From a virus, in the IMG/VR virus record IMGVR_UViG_3300031578_009495, positions 3,128 through 67,127 of that record: a stretch of 64,000 bases of DNA. One strand, 5' to 3'. Shown piece after piece: positions 9,287 to 18,666 of the stretch. The notes beneath the pieces are model-generated. The model did not search any database and was not told the origin of the DNA. It worked only from the letters and a program-made list of their open reading frames with translations. Numbering within the stretch: position 1 is the stretch's first letter; each line of letters opens with the position of its first letter. A program made the position numbers and the translations under genes.

Positions 9287-9463
9287 TTGCTAATAACGCG
9301 CAAGAAAGTAGCCGAAATGTTAGGCAAGAGTATAAGTACGGTCAAGCGCCTTATGCAAAATGATCCATCCTTCCCGAGACCATGGCGAAGAAAGAGAACT
9401 ATTCGTTTTAGAAAAGAAGATATTGAAAAGTATCTGGAAAATAAAGTCCAGTCAGATAAATAA
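9287..9463 (+). CDS. AlpA/excisionase-like HTH protein (TTG start, not in the ORF track)
   Basis: manual translation LLITRKKVAEMLGKSISTVKRLMQNDPSFPRPWRRKRTIRFRKEDIEKYL. Confidence 0.65.
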   Translation: MLITRKKVAEMLGKSISTVKRLMQNDPSFPRPWRRKRTIRFRKEDIEKYLENKVQSDK

Positions 9464-9486
9464 TCTTGACTAACTATTTGTTTTAA

Positions 9487-9501
9487 TGCAATCTGATTGC
9501 A
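9487..9501. promoter_or_regulatory. palindromic operator-like site TGCAATCTGATTGCA upstream of portal
   Basis: perfect palindrome downstream of a TTGACT hexamer in the intergenic region. Confidence 0.6.
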
Positions 9502-9547
9502 GTGATATTACAAAATTATTTGCATCCCCAACAAGGAGTTTTGAATC

Positions 9548-12319
9548 ATGGGAATCATCAATAATATAAAATCAGGATTAATAGGCAGAATAAAAAATCT
9601 GATAAGCAAAGGTGGTCAGGATATAGGTGGCGTAGATGGAATAAGTCAGGAAAAGCATTCGTCCGGAGACACAACCGAAATCGGCAGACATGGAGACGAA
9701 AGTGAAGGTACAGGAGCTGGTGATTTTTATTACAAAAAAATGATAGTTGAAAGAACCAGACTTGCATCGTATGTCGATTATGAATTAATGGATGCAGAGC
9801 ACCCAGAACTCTCTTCGAGCCTCGATGTATATTCTGATGTGGCTGTAGCTGGTGAAGAATCAGAAGATCAGCGATTTGCAATAGACAGCGAGGACGATAA
9901 AGTTAAGGAAGTTTTACAAGATATCAACAAACGAACCAGAATAGACCAGGAGCTATGGCCATTAACCCGCGATCTTTGCAAATACGGAGATGAGTTTGAA
10001 GAAATAGTGGTAAGCAGTGCCGGACTTATTGTCCGCCTTAAATCCCTCCCACAAAACGAAATGTTCCGGAATGAAGACAAATACGGCCTATTGCTTGAGG
10101 AAAGAGCTTTCGAACAAAAAGACACCCTTACGACAAAAGTTCTTGCACAATTTGAACCATGGCAGATAGCGCACTTTAGAAATAGGACGAGCAGAAAAGG
10201 ACAATATGGAAGCAGTATATTTTCACCAGCAAGAAGACTATTTAAACAACTTCAAATGATGGAAGATGGAATGATAGTTGGTCGGCTTGCAAGGTCCCAC
10301 ATGAGATATGTGTATAAGATAGACGTAGGAGAATTGCCACCACCAGAGGCCGAAGCTCACGTAGAAAGTGTGAAAAGACGAATAAAGAAAAAGCGCCGGC
10401 TGAATCCAATAACCGGAAAATTTGATGTCACCTCTAACCCTCTGAGCGCGGAAGAGGATATGTTTGTAGGGGTACGAACAGGAAGCCAAGCAGGAATCAC
10501 GAAACTTGAAGGAGCGAGTAGGCTGGATGCGATAAAGGATGTTGAATATTTTCAAAACAAAATGTTCACGGTTGTTAAGGTGCCGAAGTCTTATCTTGGA
10601 TTGGAAAAAGATGTATGTCTTGCTGGTGAAACAAAGATATCACTACTTGACGGAAGGGAAGTAGCGATTAAGGATCTCGTAGAGATGTATCCGGATGGAA
10701 AGAAATTCTATGTATATAGCATAGGGCCAGATAATGTTATGTCTGTGGGTGTGGCGCACAGTGCACGGCCTACAAGACGCAATGCAGAGATGGTTAAAGT
10801 TGTCTTAGATAATGGAGAATCTGTGCGCTGTACGCCAGATCATCTATGGATGAGAAGAGATGGAACGTATGTAATGGCTAAGAATTTGAGACCAGATGAT
10901 TCACTTATGCCATTGTATCGAAAAGTATCTGAAAAGGGTAAAAATCCTATCTATGGATATGAAATGTATAAAAATCCAAGGAGGGGAGCTTGGTGTTATA
11001 CGCATAGGATGGTTGGAAAATGGCTTGGAAGGCCTGAATTTCCCGACTGGACATATGGTGTTCAGCACCATGCAGATTTTAATAAAAGGAATAATTGCCC
11101 AACAAATATTGAATGGATGGAATTTTGGGATCATTTAAAACTTCATCAAGATAATGTCCATAGATTAAATACTCCAGAGATGAAGGCAAGAGCACGTATC
11201 GGAATAATAAATTCTGAAAAATTCAAGAAGAGATTGTTAGAATGGAATAAATGTGAAGAAAAGAGAGAAATATGCAAGCAAGCTATGCTTAAATATCACC
11301 AAGAAAATGATTTTACAGGTGAAAATAACCCGAATTATAAAACAGAACTAACCTTAGAAAAAATCATGAAAATGGTTAAAGAAGCATGTTGTTTAAACAG
11401 ATATGATATGGAGAAGCAATTCAAAATAACATATCCATTGCTTATTAGCAGATTGAAAAAAGAAGGAATGAGCTACAAAGAATTCGCCAATCAGTGTTTT
11501 ATTTATGGCTGGCAACATAAAGGCAATTTGTTTAATGATATTCCAATGGAAGGAATCATTGATCAGACAAGAGAAGGCATGCCATTGAAAAAGATAGCCA
11601 AAAGCTTTGAATGCTCTATAGATACTATCAGAAGAATCTGCCACGATCATGATGTTGATAATTTCAAAGATTTAAAAGAAGCCCCATTCAATCATAAGGT
11701 GGTATCTGTGGAACCTGATGGTATGGATGATATTACATATGACATAACAGTAGAAGGGTTAAATAATTTTGCCTTGAGTGTAGGCGTGTTTGTTCATAAT
11801 TCATCCAAGGCATTGCTTTCGAATCAGGATATTCAATTTTTACGTACCATAAGGCGCATCCAACATGTCACCCTAAAGAACGGTCTGAAAAAGATTTATG
11901 ATGTTGGATTATTACTTCAGGGATATGATTTAACGAAAGCAAAATACGAGATTCTTTTTCCCTCAGTGAAAACAGCGGACGAGGTCCGTAAATGGGAAAT
12001 CGAAAAGGCAAAAGCAGAAGCAGCAAAGATATATGGTCTTGACTTGAATGTAGTAACGGATGATTTTATACTCAGCTATTTCCTCGGGCTGTCGGATGAA
12101 GAAATAAAAGATTTGAATATAGTAAGAGAGAAAGAAACAGAAAAGGCAAAGAAAGCAGCCGATGTAGAGGCCGCAGCACAGATTGCAAAGGCACAGGCTG
12201 CTATTAAAGCTGGCGGTAAGGCAGAAGATACTATCAATCTTATGCGGACATTGAATGAATTAAAAGATGTTGTTGCAATGGAGCTTGAGGGAAAGAAATA
12301 TAACAGGCTGATAGAATAA
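9548..12319 (+). CDS. portal protein (T4 gp20-like), intein-containing
   Basis: IVERTRLASYVDYELMDAEHPELSSSLDVYSD, QIAHFR, MMEDGMIVGRLAR, VYKIDVGELPPPEAEAHV, EYFQNKMFTVVKVPKSYL, QFLRTIRRIQ. Confidence 0.9.
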   Translation: MGIINNIKSGLIGRIKNLISKGGQDIGGVDGISQEKHSSGDTTEIGRHGDESEGTGAGDFYYKKMIVERTRLASYVDYELMDAEHPELSSSLDVYSDVAVAGEESEDQRFAIDSEDDKVKEVLQDINKRTRIDQELWPLTRDLCKYGDEFEEIVVSSAGLIVRLKSLPQNEMFRNEDKYGLLLEERAFEQKDTLTTKVLAQFEPWQIAHFRNRTSRKGQYGSSIFSPARRLFKQLQMMEDGMIVGRLARSHMRYVYKIDVGELPPPEAEAHVESVKRRIKKKRRLNPITGKFDVTSNPLSAEEDMFVGVRTGSQAGITKLEGASRLDAIKDVEYFQNKMFTVVKVPKSYLGLEKDVCLAGETKISLLDGREVAIKDLVEMYPDGKKFYVYSIGPDNVMSVGVAHSARPTRRNAEMVKVVLDNGESVRCTPDHLWMRRDGTYVMAKNLRPDDSLMPLYRKVSEKGKNPIYGYEMYKNPRRGAWCYTHRMVGKWLGRPEFPDWTYGVQHHADFNKRNNCPTNIEWMEFWDHLKLHQDNVHRLNTPEMKARARIGIINSEKFKKRLLEWNKCEEKREICKQAMLKYHQENDFTGENNPNYKTELTLEKIMKMVKEACCLNRYDMEKQFKITYPLLISRLKKEGMSYKEFANQCFIYGWQHKGNLFNDIPMEGIIDQTREGMPLKKIAKSFECSIDTIRRICHDHDVDNFKDLKEAPFNHKVVSVEPDGMDDITYDITVEGLNNFALSVGVFVHNSSKALLSNQDIQFLRTIRRIQHVTLKNGLKKIYDVGLLLQGYDLTKAKYEILFPSVKTADEVRKWEIEKAKAEAAKIYGLDLNVVTDDFILSYFLGLSDEEIKDLNIVREKETEKAKKAADVEAAAQIAKAQAAIKAGGKAEDTINLMRTLNELKDVVAMELEGKKYNRLIE
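10616..11800 (+). mobile_element. 395-aa intein with HNH homing endonuclease
   Basis: block A CLAGETKISLLDG, block B VRCTPDHLW, HNH YTHRMV...HHADFNKRNNCPTNIEWM, block F YDITVEGLNNF, block G FVHN followed by Ser. Confidence 0.92.
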
Positions 12320-12332
12320 AAAATAACCGAAC

Positions 12333-12347
12333 TGCAATCAGATTGCA
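12333..12347. promoter_or_regulatory. palindromic operator-like site TGCAATCAGATTGCA
   Basis: perfect palindrome in the 63-bp gap after the portal gene. Confidence 0.6.
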
Positions 12348-12382
12348 TTGAAACCCAACAAAGTTATAACGAAGCCTCAAAT

Positions 12383-13057
12383 ATGATTCAAGAACAAATC
12401 ATAACAACGATAGATGAGATACAAAAGCTCCTGGCAAAGACTTTGGTAATTGATGTTATTGCCGAAGGTGGCGCAGGTTCCGGCCACTGGGGGCACAAGG
12501 GCAGAAAGGGGCAAAGGGGCGGGAGTATTGGTGGTGGTGGAAAAGCTTTTAGACCAAAAGTTTTTTGGAAGCCTACAATGACAGCAGCAGAATCGTCACA
12601 ATGGTTTAAAAATAGTAAGCTTAAAGACACTTATATTCATGGGACAACAGAAGAGTCAGTGGAATCGATTAAGAAAAATGGATTTGATCTATCAAAGAAA
12701 AGATACGGAAGAGCTTATGGAGATGGCGTATATATGTCTTCCGAAGAGGAGGTACGCAAGAAGGGATTATCCTATGGATCTTCAAGATTAAGAATAAGAA
12801 TAAATGTAAAGAACCCTCTAATTGACATGGATGGATCCATAATGAACACCAACTCGTCTTTAGCTAATGAAATGGATGCATATGCAAAAAAACATAAGAT
12901 AGATATATATGCAAAAGAAAACGATACCGTTGCGTATAAGAAAAATGTAGTTTCAGTATACTTAAAGAAAAAAGGTTACGACTCCGTAGTGACAGAGGAA
13001 GAAGGAGCGCAGGTTGTAGTTGTTTTTAACCCAAAAAATGTAACAGTGTTAAAATAG
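12383..13057 (+). CDS. ADP-ribosyltransferase-fold (PARP-like) protein with N-terminal Gly-rich tag
   Basis: YIHGT..E.IKKNGF, YGDGVYMS, GYDSVV...VVVFNP; tag EGGAGSGHWGHKGRKGQRGGS. Confidence 0.7.
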   Translation: MIQEQIITTIDEIQKLLAKTLVIDVIAEGGAGSGHWGHKGRKGQRGGSIGGGGKAFRPKVFWKPTMTAAESSQWFKNSKLKDTYIHGTTEESVESIKKNGFDLSKKRYGRAYGDGVYMSSEEEVRKKGLSYGSSRLRIRINVKNPLIDMDGSIMNTNSSLANEMDAYAKKHKIDIYAKENDTVAYKKNVVSVYLKKKGYDSVVTEEEGAQVVVVFNPKNVTVLK

Positions 13058-13065
13058 GATTAACG

Positions 13066-14139
13066 ATGTTAAGTTGTAGATATTGTATTCATCTATTAGG
13101 AAAAGATAAAAAGAAAAGGGCTACAGTTTGCAAAGCATTTAATGACGGAATCCCTTTATCTATTTTAAGCGGAGAAATTAGCCATAATAAAAAACTTCCT
13201 ATACAAAACAATAATATAGTATTCGTAAAACTTCCCTCTACAAAAAAAGAGGAACTGATATCAGATATTATCACTTCCATCCTCGAAGGTTCAGCAGGAT
13301 CAGGTCATTGGGGGCACCGAGGACGTAAAGGACAAAAAGGAGGAAGTGTATCTGGTTTTACAGCAATGCCAGGAGAAAGAAAAGACTTACAGGCAGAGAT
13401 AAAAAAGAGAGGCTTAGTAATCCCGCCTATGTATAAAAATGTGAAGCTAAACATAGATCCGGAAGCAGGGTTACAAGCTACAGGTATCGACATGAAAGGG
13501 AGAGAACAACCTATATATTCGGCAAAGCATTGTGTAGAGGCAGATGCAGAAAAGTTTGCGAGACTTAAAGAATTTACGAAAGCAGTGCCAAAGTTACAGA
13601 AAAGGATAGAGGCAGATTTTGATAGTAACGATGGAGCAAAGGCACTATACTTGATTTCACAGACTGGGTTTAGAGTGGGTTCTAATAAGGACACGAAGGC
13701 AGCGGTAAAAGCTTATGGAGCTTCTACGCTTGAAGCTCGACATATTACCATGATATCTGAAAGTACGGTAAAGTTTAATTTTATAGGAAAAAAGGGTGTG
13801 GTTAACAGCGCAACCCTTACAGATAAAAAACTCGCGAAATACTGTAAAGATAAAAAGGCTGGAAAGGTATTCGATACAACCGACTCAAAAATAAGAAGGT
13901 ATCTGAAAAAGATAGATGGAGAATTTAAGGTAAAAGATTATAGGACTTTCATAGGAACATCAGAAGCGATAAAGGCTGTCAATTCTCTTCCAACCCCAAA
14001 AACAGGCAAAGAGCGGAGAGCAGGCATAATGCTTGTATGTAAGCAGGTTGCAAAGAAATTAGGAAACACTCCTGCGGTTGCAAGGTCTGCGTATATCGCA
14101 CCAGAGGTTTTCGATAGGTGGAACTACTGTGATAAATAA
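13066..14139 (+). CDS. DNA topoisomerase IB with N-terminal Cys/His domain and Gly-rich tag
   Basis: IPPMYKNV, LQATGIDMKGREQPIYS, catalytic residues FRVG(R), FIGKKG(K), KDYRT(R), LGNT(N), RSAYI(Y). Confidence 0.88.
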   Translation: MLSCRYCIHLLGKDKKKRATVCKAFNDGIPLSILSGEISHNKKLPIQNNNIVFVKLPSTKKEELISDIITSILEGSAGSGHWGHRGRKGQKGGSVSGFTAMPGERKDLQAEIKKRGLVIPPMYKNVKLNIDPEAGLQATGIDMKGREQPIYSAKHCVEADAEKFARLKEFTKAVPKLQKRIEADFDSNDGAKALYLISQTGFRVGSNKDTKAAVKAYGASTLEARHITMISESTVKFNFIGKKGVVNSATLTDKKLAKYCKDKKAGKVFDTTDSKIRRYLKKIDGEFKVKDYRTFIGTSEAIKAVNSLPTPKTGKERRAGIMLVCKQVAKKLGNTPAVARSAYIAPEVFDRWNYCDK

Positions 14140-15451
14140 AGAATCAATAGATCTTATGAATGAGTTTGTCGGCGGGGTTCTGTATGTAGGAGAAGTCCGG
14201 GACTGGACAAAGGTGAAAGAAACGTATGAGTCTCCTGATGATGATGGTAGCGGTGGGTGGCCATTTGAACTTGTTTCTGAGGAACTTGATGAGGGCGGAG
14301 CTGGCTCAATCAAAGAAACCAAATCATACGGAAAGCGTAAAAAGGTTTACAAAGCAAAGGGGTCACTAACAGCAGCGGCCAGGGAACTTGCAACACCTGA
14401 AGGAGTATTACAAGCAAAAGCAAAAGCGTTTGTTGGATATGCCAAGATGGAGGCCGGAGTTGAAAAACGAGTAGTTGGTATTATGAACCAATATGATGCC
14501 GGCAAGATAGACATAGGCCAGCTTGAGTGGGGACTTAAAAAAGAGCTTGGAGTGGCGTATAGAGATGCTTATTCGCTTGGTCAGCAGTCGGTCGGTTTCT
14601 CAGGTGATTTAATGGATGAGGATATGGCTTTTATTAGAAGCTTTAAGAGGACTGAGAATAAATTTCTTGGTAATTTTATGAAAGCTATAGCTACTGATAA
14701 ATTGGTCATGGAAAAATATAGACGCCTGGACATGTATGTAAAAACTATACGATCTGTGTTCGATCATGCGCGGGTAGAGGCGGCCCCTGACTGGATTAAG
14801 ATTTACTGGACGCCGTCAAGAGGAAGTCAGCATTGCACGGATTGCATGTATTTGGCTATAAACTCACCTTATACAAAAGAAACACTTCCGACAACGCCTA
14901 GAGCTGGAGATACATTATGCGTCTCGCGCTGTGCGTGCAGACTTATGCTAAGATACAAAAAACCAAAAGAAGGCGCAGAAGGTCCAGAGCCGGAAGAAGA
15001 ACTGCCGGGCGAGAAACCACCAGGTGAAGAATATCTCGTCCATCCAGACCTGTATGATAAATTCAAAGGAGACGTGCCAGAGTTTCGCTATTTTATGGAC
15101 AAGAACATAGGCAATCCGATTGCAGCAAGAAAAGAATTTGTAGCCGCAGTAAATAAGGCCGGAGTAGGTTTTGCTCCATCGAATTATGAAGATCCTTTTA
15201 ATTCTAAATTCTTCAAATCAAATAAGCTTTGGATAGACATACAAAACATAAAAGGAATAGAATCAAATCTTCCATTTGACAGCCCTGAAGGAATATTGAC
15301 AAGAAAGAAGCGGCAGGCATTAATGCAAGACCTGTTTAATGCAAACAAAGAGTTAAAAAAGAGCGGACTTCGCTGGATAAGACCTGATGGATATGGAGGA
15401 TATTCTGTTGGAATGGATGGTAGTCCTGTTACGCTTATGCCGAAAGGTTAA
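14129..15451 (+). CDS. head morphogenesis / MuF (SPP1 gp7)-like minor head protein
   Basis: IYWTPSRGSQHCTDC...PRAGDTLCVSRCACRL Cys motif; position after portal; probable GTG start 14129 (track 14078). Confidence 0.6.
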   Translation: MINKESIDLMNEFVGGVLYVGEVRDWTKVKETYESPDDDGSGGWPFELVSEELDEGGAGSIKETKSYGKRKKVYKAKGSLTAAARELATPEGVLQAKAKAFVGYAKMEAGVEKRVVGIMNQYDAGKIDIGQLEWGLKKELGVAYRDAYSLGQQSVGFSGDLMDEDMAFIRSFKRTENKFLGNFMKAIATDKLVMEKYRRLDMYVKTIRSVFDHARVEAAPDWIKIYWTPSRGSQHCTDCMYLAINSPYTKETLPTTPRAGDTLCVSRCACRLMLRYKKPKEGAEGPEPEEELPGEKPPGEEYLVHPDLYDKFKGDVPEFRYFMDKNIGNPIAARKEFVAAVNKAGVGFAPSNYEDPFNSKFFKSNKLWIDIQNIKGIESNLPFDSPEGILTRKKRQALMQDLFNANKELKKSGLRWIRPDGYGGYSVGMDGSPVTLMPKG

Positions 15452-15659
15452 TAATGTCAGACCAATCTAAATAGTTAGTTCCTTGGAAAATAGAGACCAA
15501 ACCCACCCAAAAGTCCTTGACTTAACCCCTACATGTAGTATTTCTTAGACATTAATAGCATATTTTCAGTTCGGCCACCCCATGGCCGCCCCAGGTAGGA
15601 AGTGGAGGAATGCCTCGCCTCCCTTCCTACCATATAAATTTAATTGGAGGAGGAAAAGA

Positions 15660-16247
15660 ATGCCATATTCAAGCCTATCGGCAGCAAGTAAAGCAGGAGC
15701 GATAACAACATTTCGTAAAAGTCCAATGTCACTGGACGCTGTAAATAAGCTTTACAGTATTTATGATGCGCTTAAGGCAGACAAGAAAATATCCAACCCC
15801 ATGTCTGTAGCAATGACAACCTGGAAGGGAACGGTTGCGCTTAAGAATGGTGTTTGGCTTTTAAAGGCTATGCCTAAAAAAGAAAGCAAGAAACAGAAAC
15901 GTGGAAAGACTGAATCAATTGGAGGTTATCCGGAAAGAACAGCGGCAACCTCACTGCCTATGCCTGCTGGGTCTTTGAAAATGGGCGACGGAAGCATGGA
16001 ATCGTTTAAGAACATGCTTAGAGATGCCCTGCTAGTATTATACGGCAAGCAATCGGTATATATTATTGGAACCTATCGAACAAAAGTGGTTATTGAGGTA
16101 TATGCTGACAATAAAGAAACCTACTATGAATTGCCATATACGATAAAGAATGGAAGTTTTAATTTTGGAACACCTGTAAAAGTTATGAAGCTTACCACAT
16201 ACCAGAAGGCTGAACAGAAAAGACTTAAAAAAGAGGTCTTGCAATGA
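15660..16247 (+). CDS. hypothetical head-module protein
   Basis: strong SD GGAGGAGG before ATG 15660; weak ChaB-like MPYSS...KNGVW pattern. Confidence 0.55.
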   Translation: MPYSSLSAASKAGAITTFRKSPMSLDAVNKLYSIYDALKADKKISNPMSVAMTTWKGTVALKNGVWLLKAMPKKESKKQKRGKTESIGGYPERTAATSLPMPAGSLKMGDGSMESFKNMLRDALLVLYGKQSVYIIGTYRTKVVIEVYADNKETYYELPYTIKNGSFNFGTPVKVMKLTTYQKAEQKRLKKEVLQ

Positions 16248-17470
16248 ATAAGCTAATTGAAACAACCGAATGTACATTAGATGTTCTTGAAGAAGAGGAA
16301 TTGTCTGAAAAGGGTAAAGTTGTAAAACCAATGCGAATAGGGGGTGTTGCTTCAAGGGGAAATGTCACCAACGAGAACGGAAGATATTATAAAACGTCAC
16401 TATGGGAGCGAGAGTCTAATAGGTTGCAGGACTCTGTAAATAAGGGCGGCCTGCTTGGCTCGCTTGACCACCCGAATGACGGAAAGGGAAAGCTCAAAGA
16501 AACCGCTATTAAGTTTACTAAACTTTTTATGGATAAAGACTTTCTGAAATTCGAAGGCAACGTGCTTGAGACAAGAGCAGGGAAAGACCTAAAAGCACTT
16601 CTTACCGGTCAAGTGAAAGTCGAAATCAGTACCAGGGGTTTAGGTAGCACAAAAGAGGAAAAGATAAATGGTTCAACCGTAAGCGTTATTCAAGATGATT
16701 TCCGGTTGACAGCAATAGATGTAGTTTCCGGTCACAGCAATACAGACGCGGAAATTCAATATTTCAAAGAAAGAAAAACAGAAAACGAAGGAGGGAATAA
16801 CATGAAAATCGATGAGTTAAGAGAAAAGCATCCGGAACTCGTTGCTATTATAGTAAAAGAGACAGAAGATCGTGTAAGCAAAGAAGTAACGGAGAAGCTT
16901 ACAAAGACCTTCGAGGAGAAGGTCATTGACGAGATCTCTAAAACCCGTACCGAAATGACCGCTGAAATTACAAAAACTGTTACCGAAGAGCTTATGCCAG
17001 AGCACGAAGAGAATCAGGCCAAGCTTGTGGAAATTGCAGACATTGTAAGTGGCCTGATCGAAGACAATCCCACTCCAGACAAAAAGGACGAGGAGTTTAA
17101 AGTCCTTGAGAAAAAGCTCACAGAATCCACCACAAAAATGGACAAACTTGTAGCGGATCTGAAAACAGCGCAGGGCAAGATTTCTCATGCCGAAGTCAAA
17201 GAGTATATTGACGAGACCCTAAAGAACGAACCTTTTAAGGTTGTTTTGAAAGAGAGGCTCGCACTTTGCCTATCCAAGGAAGAGGTTGATAAACAGCTTC
17301 CAAAGGAAAAAGAATACGTCCAGAAAATAGTTCAGGAAAGCGGAATGCCAAAAGGCAAAGGCGAAACCTTGAACGATAACGACAAAGATGCAAAGACCAA
17401 AGAACAGCTCGACGAAGACAAAAAGAGACAGCGAAGACTTGCCGGAATACCAGAGCCGGAAGACAAATAA
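16244..17470 (+). CDS. prohead protease (T4 gp21-like) fused to a coiled-coil scaffold domain
   Basis: NENGRYY, LGSLDHP (His), ISTRGLGS (Ser), DFRLTAIDVV; charged coiled-coil C-terminal half. Confidence 0.9.
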   Translation: MNKLIETTECTLDVLEEEELSEKGKVVKPMRIGGVASRGNVTNENGRYYKTSLWERESNRLQDSVNKGGLLGSLDHPNDGKGKLKETAIKFTKLFMDKDFLKFEGNVLETRAGKDLKALLTGQVKVEISTRGLGSTKEEKINGSTVSVIQDDFRLTAIDVVSGHSNTDAEIQYFKERKTENEGGNNMKIDELREKHPELVAIIVKETEDRVSKEVTEKLTKTFEEKVIDEISKTRTEMTAEITKTVTEELMPEHEENQAKLVEIADIVSGLIEDNPTPDKKDEEFKVLEKKLTESTTKMDKLVADLKTAQGKISHAEVKEYIDETLKNEPFKVVLKERLALCLSKEEVDKQLPKEKEYVQKIVQESGMPKGKGETLNDNDKDAKTKEQLDEDKKRQRRLAGIPEPEDK

Positions 17471-17537
17471 CGAAAGTCAATAATTAAAAGTTCAAGACTT
17501 TGTTCTTGTTACATAAAAAAATGAAAGGAGTGAAACT

Positions 17538-18662
17538 ATGAAAGGACTAATGCCAGACCAGAATCCTTTTATTGACATCGGCGCCAGGCGTGAAAGATGG
17601 GCGCACCTTACAGAAGGGATTGTAGCTTTAGGTAAGCACGATCCGGACGGCGGTGTGCATAGAAGAATATGCTCAGAAATTCTATTAGACAATTCAAAGT
17701 GGCATATGGAAACCACCCCATCGGCAAGCGTGGCGGCCGCGGCCCCGTATATTTTTCCGATGGTAAGACGTATTTTTCCGAAGTTGATTGCGAATGAACT
17801 TGTATCTGTTCAGCCAATGAGCCGACCCGATGGTAAAGTATTCTATCTTGACTTTTACCGGAATGCAACTCCAGGGACAAGAGAAGATACCGATGATGTG
17901 GCATCAAGCATTGATGAAGATTATGCAGATCGTGCCGGTGGTGAAAGTTCTGCTGTCGCAGAGATCACGTTCAAGATCACCAGCGCCACAGTTACCGCAA
18001 AGCAGAAAGCCTTGAAAGCAAAGTGGGAAATTGAAACACAGCAGGACCTCAAAGCCTATCATGGTGAAGACGCTGAAAATATTCTGATGTCTGTCTGCGG
18101 TGATGAAATTGTACGGGAGACCGATCAGGAAATTATACTGGATATTGAAACCAATGTTGGTGCCGGAAATGTGAACTGGGTATATACTGTACCTACCACT
18201 GGTGCATATTCAACATTAGACCCAAAGGTTTACAAGGAAACGCTGTACGATGCAATTACCGATTGCAATAACCTTATCTTCAAAAAGGTTTATCGGAATG
18301 CAACCTGGATTATAGCTGATCCTGATACATGCGCACGCCTCGAGAAACTTGAAAAGTTCAAGCTGTTTGAGGGAGCCGATGACATGACCCAGAATATCGG
18401 TGTTATCAGATTCGGCACGCTTGCACAGAAGTACAAAGTTTACAAACATCCATGGTTTACTGCCAACAAGATCCTTATGGGATACAAGGGCACATCGTGG
18501 ATTGAGACCGGTTATGTTTATTCACCTTACATCCCGCTTTGGGTAACTCCGCTGATCCTGGATCCGAATGATTTTACGCCGAGACGTGGCGTAATGACAA
18601 GATTTGCCAAGCAAATGGTAAACGGTAATTTCTTTGGAACGGTTACATTAGCAGCGAGCTAA
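17538..18662 (+). CDS. major capsid protein (T4 gp23-like, compact)
   Basis: RRIFPKLIANELVSVQPMSRPDGKVFYL, ALKAKWEIETQQDLKAYHG, GYVYSPYIPL, FTPRRGVMTRFA. Confidence 0.93.
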   Translation: MKGLMPDQNPFIDIGARRERWAHLTEGIVALGKHDPDGGVHRRICSEILLDNSKWHMETTPSASVAAAAPYIFPMVRRIFPKLIANELVSVQPMSRPDGKVFYLDFYRNATPGTREDTDDVASSIDEDYADRAGGESSAVAEITFKITSATVTAKQKALKAKWEIETQQDLKAYHGEDAENILMSVCGDEIVRETDQEIILDIETNVGAGNVNWVYTVPTTGAYSTLDPKVYKETLYDAITDCNNLIFKKVYRNATWIIADPDTCARLEKLEKFKLFEGADDMTQNIGVIRFGTLAQKYKVYKHPWFTANKILMGYKGTSWIETGYVYSPYIPLWVTPLILDPNDFTPRRGVMTRFAKQMVNGNFFGTVTLAAS

Positions 18663-18666
18663 AAGC

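Noticed and set aside
15582-15659. N-terminal extension of the 15582 ORF / ChaB assignment
   Set aside because: The strong SD supports ATG 15660, and the upstream part is a hairpin-rich leader; ChaB similarity is too weak to assign
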